Shown: piece by piece, positions 62,214 to 64,000 of the stretch
How the letters are laid out: every line of letters begins with the position of its first letter
Numbering within the stretch: position 1 is the first letter of the stretch
From: an uncultured Elusimicrobia bacterium
Lineage (GTDB): Bacteria; Elusimicrobiota; Elusimicrobia; UBA1565; UBA9628
DNA length: 64,000 nt
Assembly (NCBI GenBank): GCA_903830945.1
Contig: CAIKVT010000058.1
Location: 75,487-139,486 of the forward strand
Direction: 5' to 3'
Notes under the pieces: model-generated
Told to the model about the DNA's origin: nothing
Databases searched by the model: none
Seen by the model: only the letters and a program-made list of their open reading frames with translations
Made by a program: the position numbers and the translations under genes

Positions 62214-64000
62214 ATGCGCCCGCCGGCTGAGATGACGATCATCCAGATCGATATCACCAATGCCTGTCCGAGGCGGTGCGCCAATTGCTCGCGTTTCTGT
62301 GGGCACCATGCCAAGCCCTTTATGATGGATTTTCAGACATTCAAGAAGGCCGTCGATTCGCTCAGGGACTTTCCAGGGATCGTCGGAATTTCGGGCGGCG
62401 AGCCTACCCTGCATCCGGAATTCGAGAAATTCGTCCGCTATTATCGTTCGGTCATCGGGTTCGATGTGGACAGCTCCGAATCGTATCGACCGCAGTCTGA
62501 TTTTTTGGGTTATCTGATAGCCGATCGCATGGATATCCTGAGCCACAATCATCGAGGGATCGTGACATCCATCGGAGAAAAATACTACGAGCATTTCGAG
62601 CTCATACAGGACACTTTCGGGGTTCAGCTTGTCAATGATCATAGTCATTCGAGCCGGCATTCCACTTTGTTGATCACCCGCGCGGAACTGGGGATTCCCG
62701 ATGAAGAGTGGATAGGCCTAAGGGACGCTTGTTGGCTCCAGAAATATTGGAGCGCTTCCGTCACGCCAAAAGGGGCTTTTTTTTGTGAAGTCGCCGCGGC
62801 ATTGGACGTTTTGTTGGGCGGTCCGGGGGGATGGCCGATCGAGCCCGGTTGGTGGAAGCGCACCCCGGCGGACTTCGCAGACCAGCTCAAGTGGTGCGAG
62901 ATGTGCAGCGCCGCTTTGCCGACACCGTCACGGGATGCCAATGATGAGATCGACGAAGTCTCGCCGCTGTGGAAAAAGAAATTGGATGGAATCCGTTCGC
63001 CTAAAGCCCTGGCGGGCCTGGTAAGAGAGATGGATGTGGCCGGATATGCCAAAGGAAAGTATGAGATTGGGGACTCCCCCGAGCCATACATTAATGAAGA
63101 GGGAATGCGGATGGCAAAGGGGCAGGCCGCTTTAGTCCCGCAGGCGGTGACCGCCTTCATTCTGGCGCCCGGCGATTCGGCCGGCCCGGCGCTCCTGAAT
63201 GTGGTCGGCTTGAATGACCCCGGTATCAGGATCCATGCCGTCGTCATGGGGGCCAAGTCGGAAGGCGGAGAATCCGTGGGCGATATCCCAATATTCTCTC
63301 TTGGCGATGGGGCGCATGATATTTCCGCTCAAGTCCTGGCCGGAGCCCAGGCGCGGGACTGGGTCCTGGTTCTGCAAGGGACCGCGATCTCCGAGGATTT
63401 GGAGGCCATGTTGAGATCGCACGTCTTCAATCCCGGCTGCCTATATCATCTCAGGAATTCTCCTGGGCGAAGGCCGATCCAGGCAGCCTTTTTCAATCTA
63501 CGGGCCTGGCCGGATCGGTCCGGACTAAGCTTATTCGATGTCGCGCGGGCATACCCCGAGTCCAAGCAGATTCATGTGAAGGTGCCGGCAATCTCCGGCC
63601 CATGGGCGGCCATCGGTCTTGTGTCGAGGCATGCTCGGCATGTCGTGCAAAAGGTCCGCGGCTGTGCGCAATACCTCGAGTCCTTGTGGTCCGTCACTCT
63701 AACTCGGCCCGACGATGCGGCGCTGCTGTGGCATGTGCTGCTGGGCAAACTCAGCCGGGCGCGATTTGCGAGCTGGATGTCTCCATGGCAGTCATGCTGG
63801 CGCCTCGGCGCGGGAATCGTGCGAAGAGGATTTAAAAATGTGCCGTATCCCGTGCGCAGGGCCGTCTGGGTCGCTGCGTGGCTGGTCTTTGTGTTGTTGA
63901 TGCAGCTTTGCGTCTATTGGCATACGGCCAACGGACTGCAGATTTCCGGGCGCGTCCGGGCGATTTTGGCCACCTCCTTTATTCTTGCGGCTTTTTCGAT
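62214..64000 (+). CDS. radical-SAM domain protein (N-terminal CxxxCxxC), 3' end beyond window; absent from the ORF track because there is no in-frame stop before 64000
   Basis: ATG 62214. Translation MRPPAEMTIIQIDITNACPRRCANCSRFC...GISGGEPTLHPEF (radical-SAM cluster motif plus GGE SAM-binding motif). Frame 0 stays open for 595 codons by manual translation. Hydrophobic C-terminal stretch near the window end. Confidence 0.55.
   Translation, partial: MRPPAEMTIIQIDITNACPRRCANCSRFCGHHAKPFMMDFQTFKKAVDSLRDFPGIVGISGGEPTLHPEFEKFVRYYRSVIGFDVDSSESYRPQSDFLGYLIADRMDILSHNHRGIVTSIGEKYYEHFELIQDTFGVQLVNDHSHSSRHSTLLITRAELGIPDEEWIGLRDACWLQKYWSASVTPKGAFFCEVAAALDVLLGGPGGWPIEPGWWKRTPADFADQLKWCEMCSAALPTPSRDANDEIDEVSPLWKKKLDGIRSPKALAGLVREMDVAGYAKGKYEIGDSPEPYINEEGMRMAKGQAALVPQAVTAFILAPGDSAGPALLNVVGLNDPGIRIHAVVMGAKSEGGESVGDIPIFSLGDGAHDISAQVLAGAQARDWVLVLQGTAISEDLEAMLRSHVFNPGCLYHLRNSPGRRPIQAAFFNLRAWPDRSGLSLFDVARAYPESKQIHVKVPAISGPWAAIGLVSRHARHVVQKVRGCAQYLESLWSVTLTRPDDAALLWHVLLGKLSRARFASWMSPWQSCWRLGAGIVRRGFKNVPYPVRRAVWVAAWLVFVLLMQLCVYWHTANGLQISGRVRAILATSFILAAFS

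Noticed and set aside
1-64000. tRNA, rRNA, tmRNA or CRISPR arrays
   Set aside because: Scanned intergenic gaps for T-loop (GGTTCGAATCC-like) sequences and for regularly spaced short repeats and found none. The only repeats are the 38-bp pairs and the intragenic tandem duplication, neither CRISPR-like.

Overview
High-GC (about 65%) bacterial chromosomal segment; a type-A T9SS-like C-terminal sorting domain on one secreted protein suggests an FCB-group or candidate-phylum organism. About 50 protein-coding genes and no rRNA, tRNA or CRISPR seen by eye. Left end: housekeeping genes (cysS 3' part, rlmB, CDF transporter, thiamine pyrophosphokinase). From about 3.5 to 11.1 kb: an apparent inserted accessory segment bounded by imperfect 38-bp direct repeats that duplicate the 3' end of a P-loop gene (complete copy at 11.06 kb, decayed remnant at 3.57 kb). 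It carries an AlpA/excisionase-like HTH gene, an unknown 346-aa protein, a HepT/MNT toxin-antitoxin pair, and a nested lower-GC segment of about 4 kb. That nested segment is itself flanked by near-perfect 38-bp direct repeats duplicating the MNT gene 3' end and encodes unusual RDD-domain fusion proteins. No integrase or transposase is recognisable. Middle: class I fumarase, a secreted UbiB/ABC1 kinase, a solo UvrD-type helicase with C-terminal RecB-like nuclease, an SPFH protein, then a large two-operon exopolysaccharide locus: PgaC-like GT2 synthase, two paralogous CE4 deacetylases, a PgaA-like TPR/beta-barrel porin, a BcsG/LtaS-like membrane sulfatase-family enzyme, TPR and HEAT proteins, each operon headed by a stand-alone CheY-like receiver, with a PAS-only protein between them. 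Right end: MgtE-N/CBS soluble protein translationally coupled to an NRAMP-family transporter with NRMT-like site substitutions; secreted PLD-like, HD-domain and MFS proteins; PPIase; tryptophanase; hybrid histidine kinase; glcDE-glcF; GAF-HD-GYP; PBP1A; a T9SS-type cargo/outer-membrane-protein pair; GIY-YIG; Lnt; a GT2-family glycosyltransferase; and a radical-SAM protein that runs off the window end and is absent from the ORF track.
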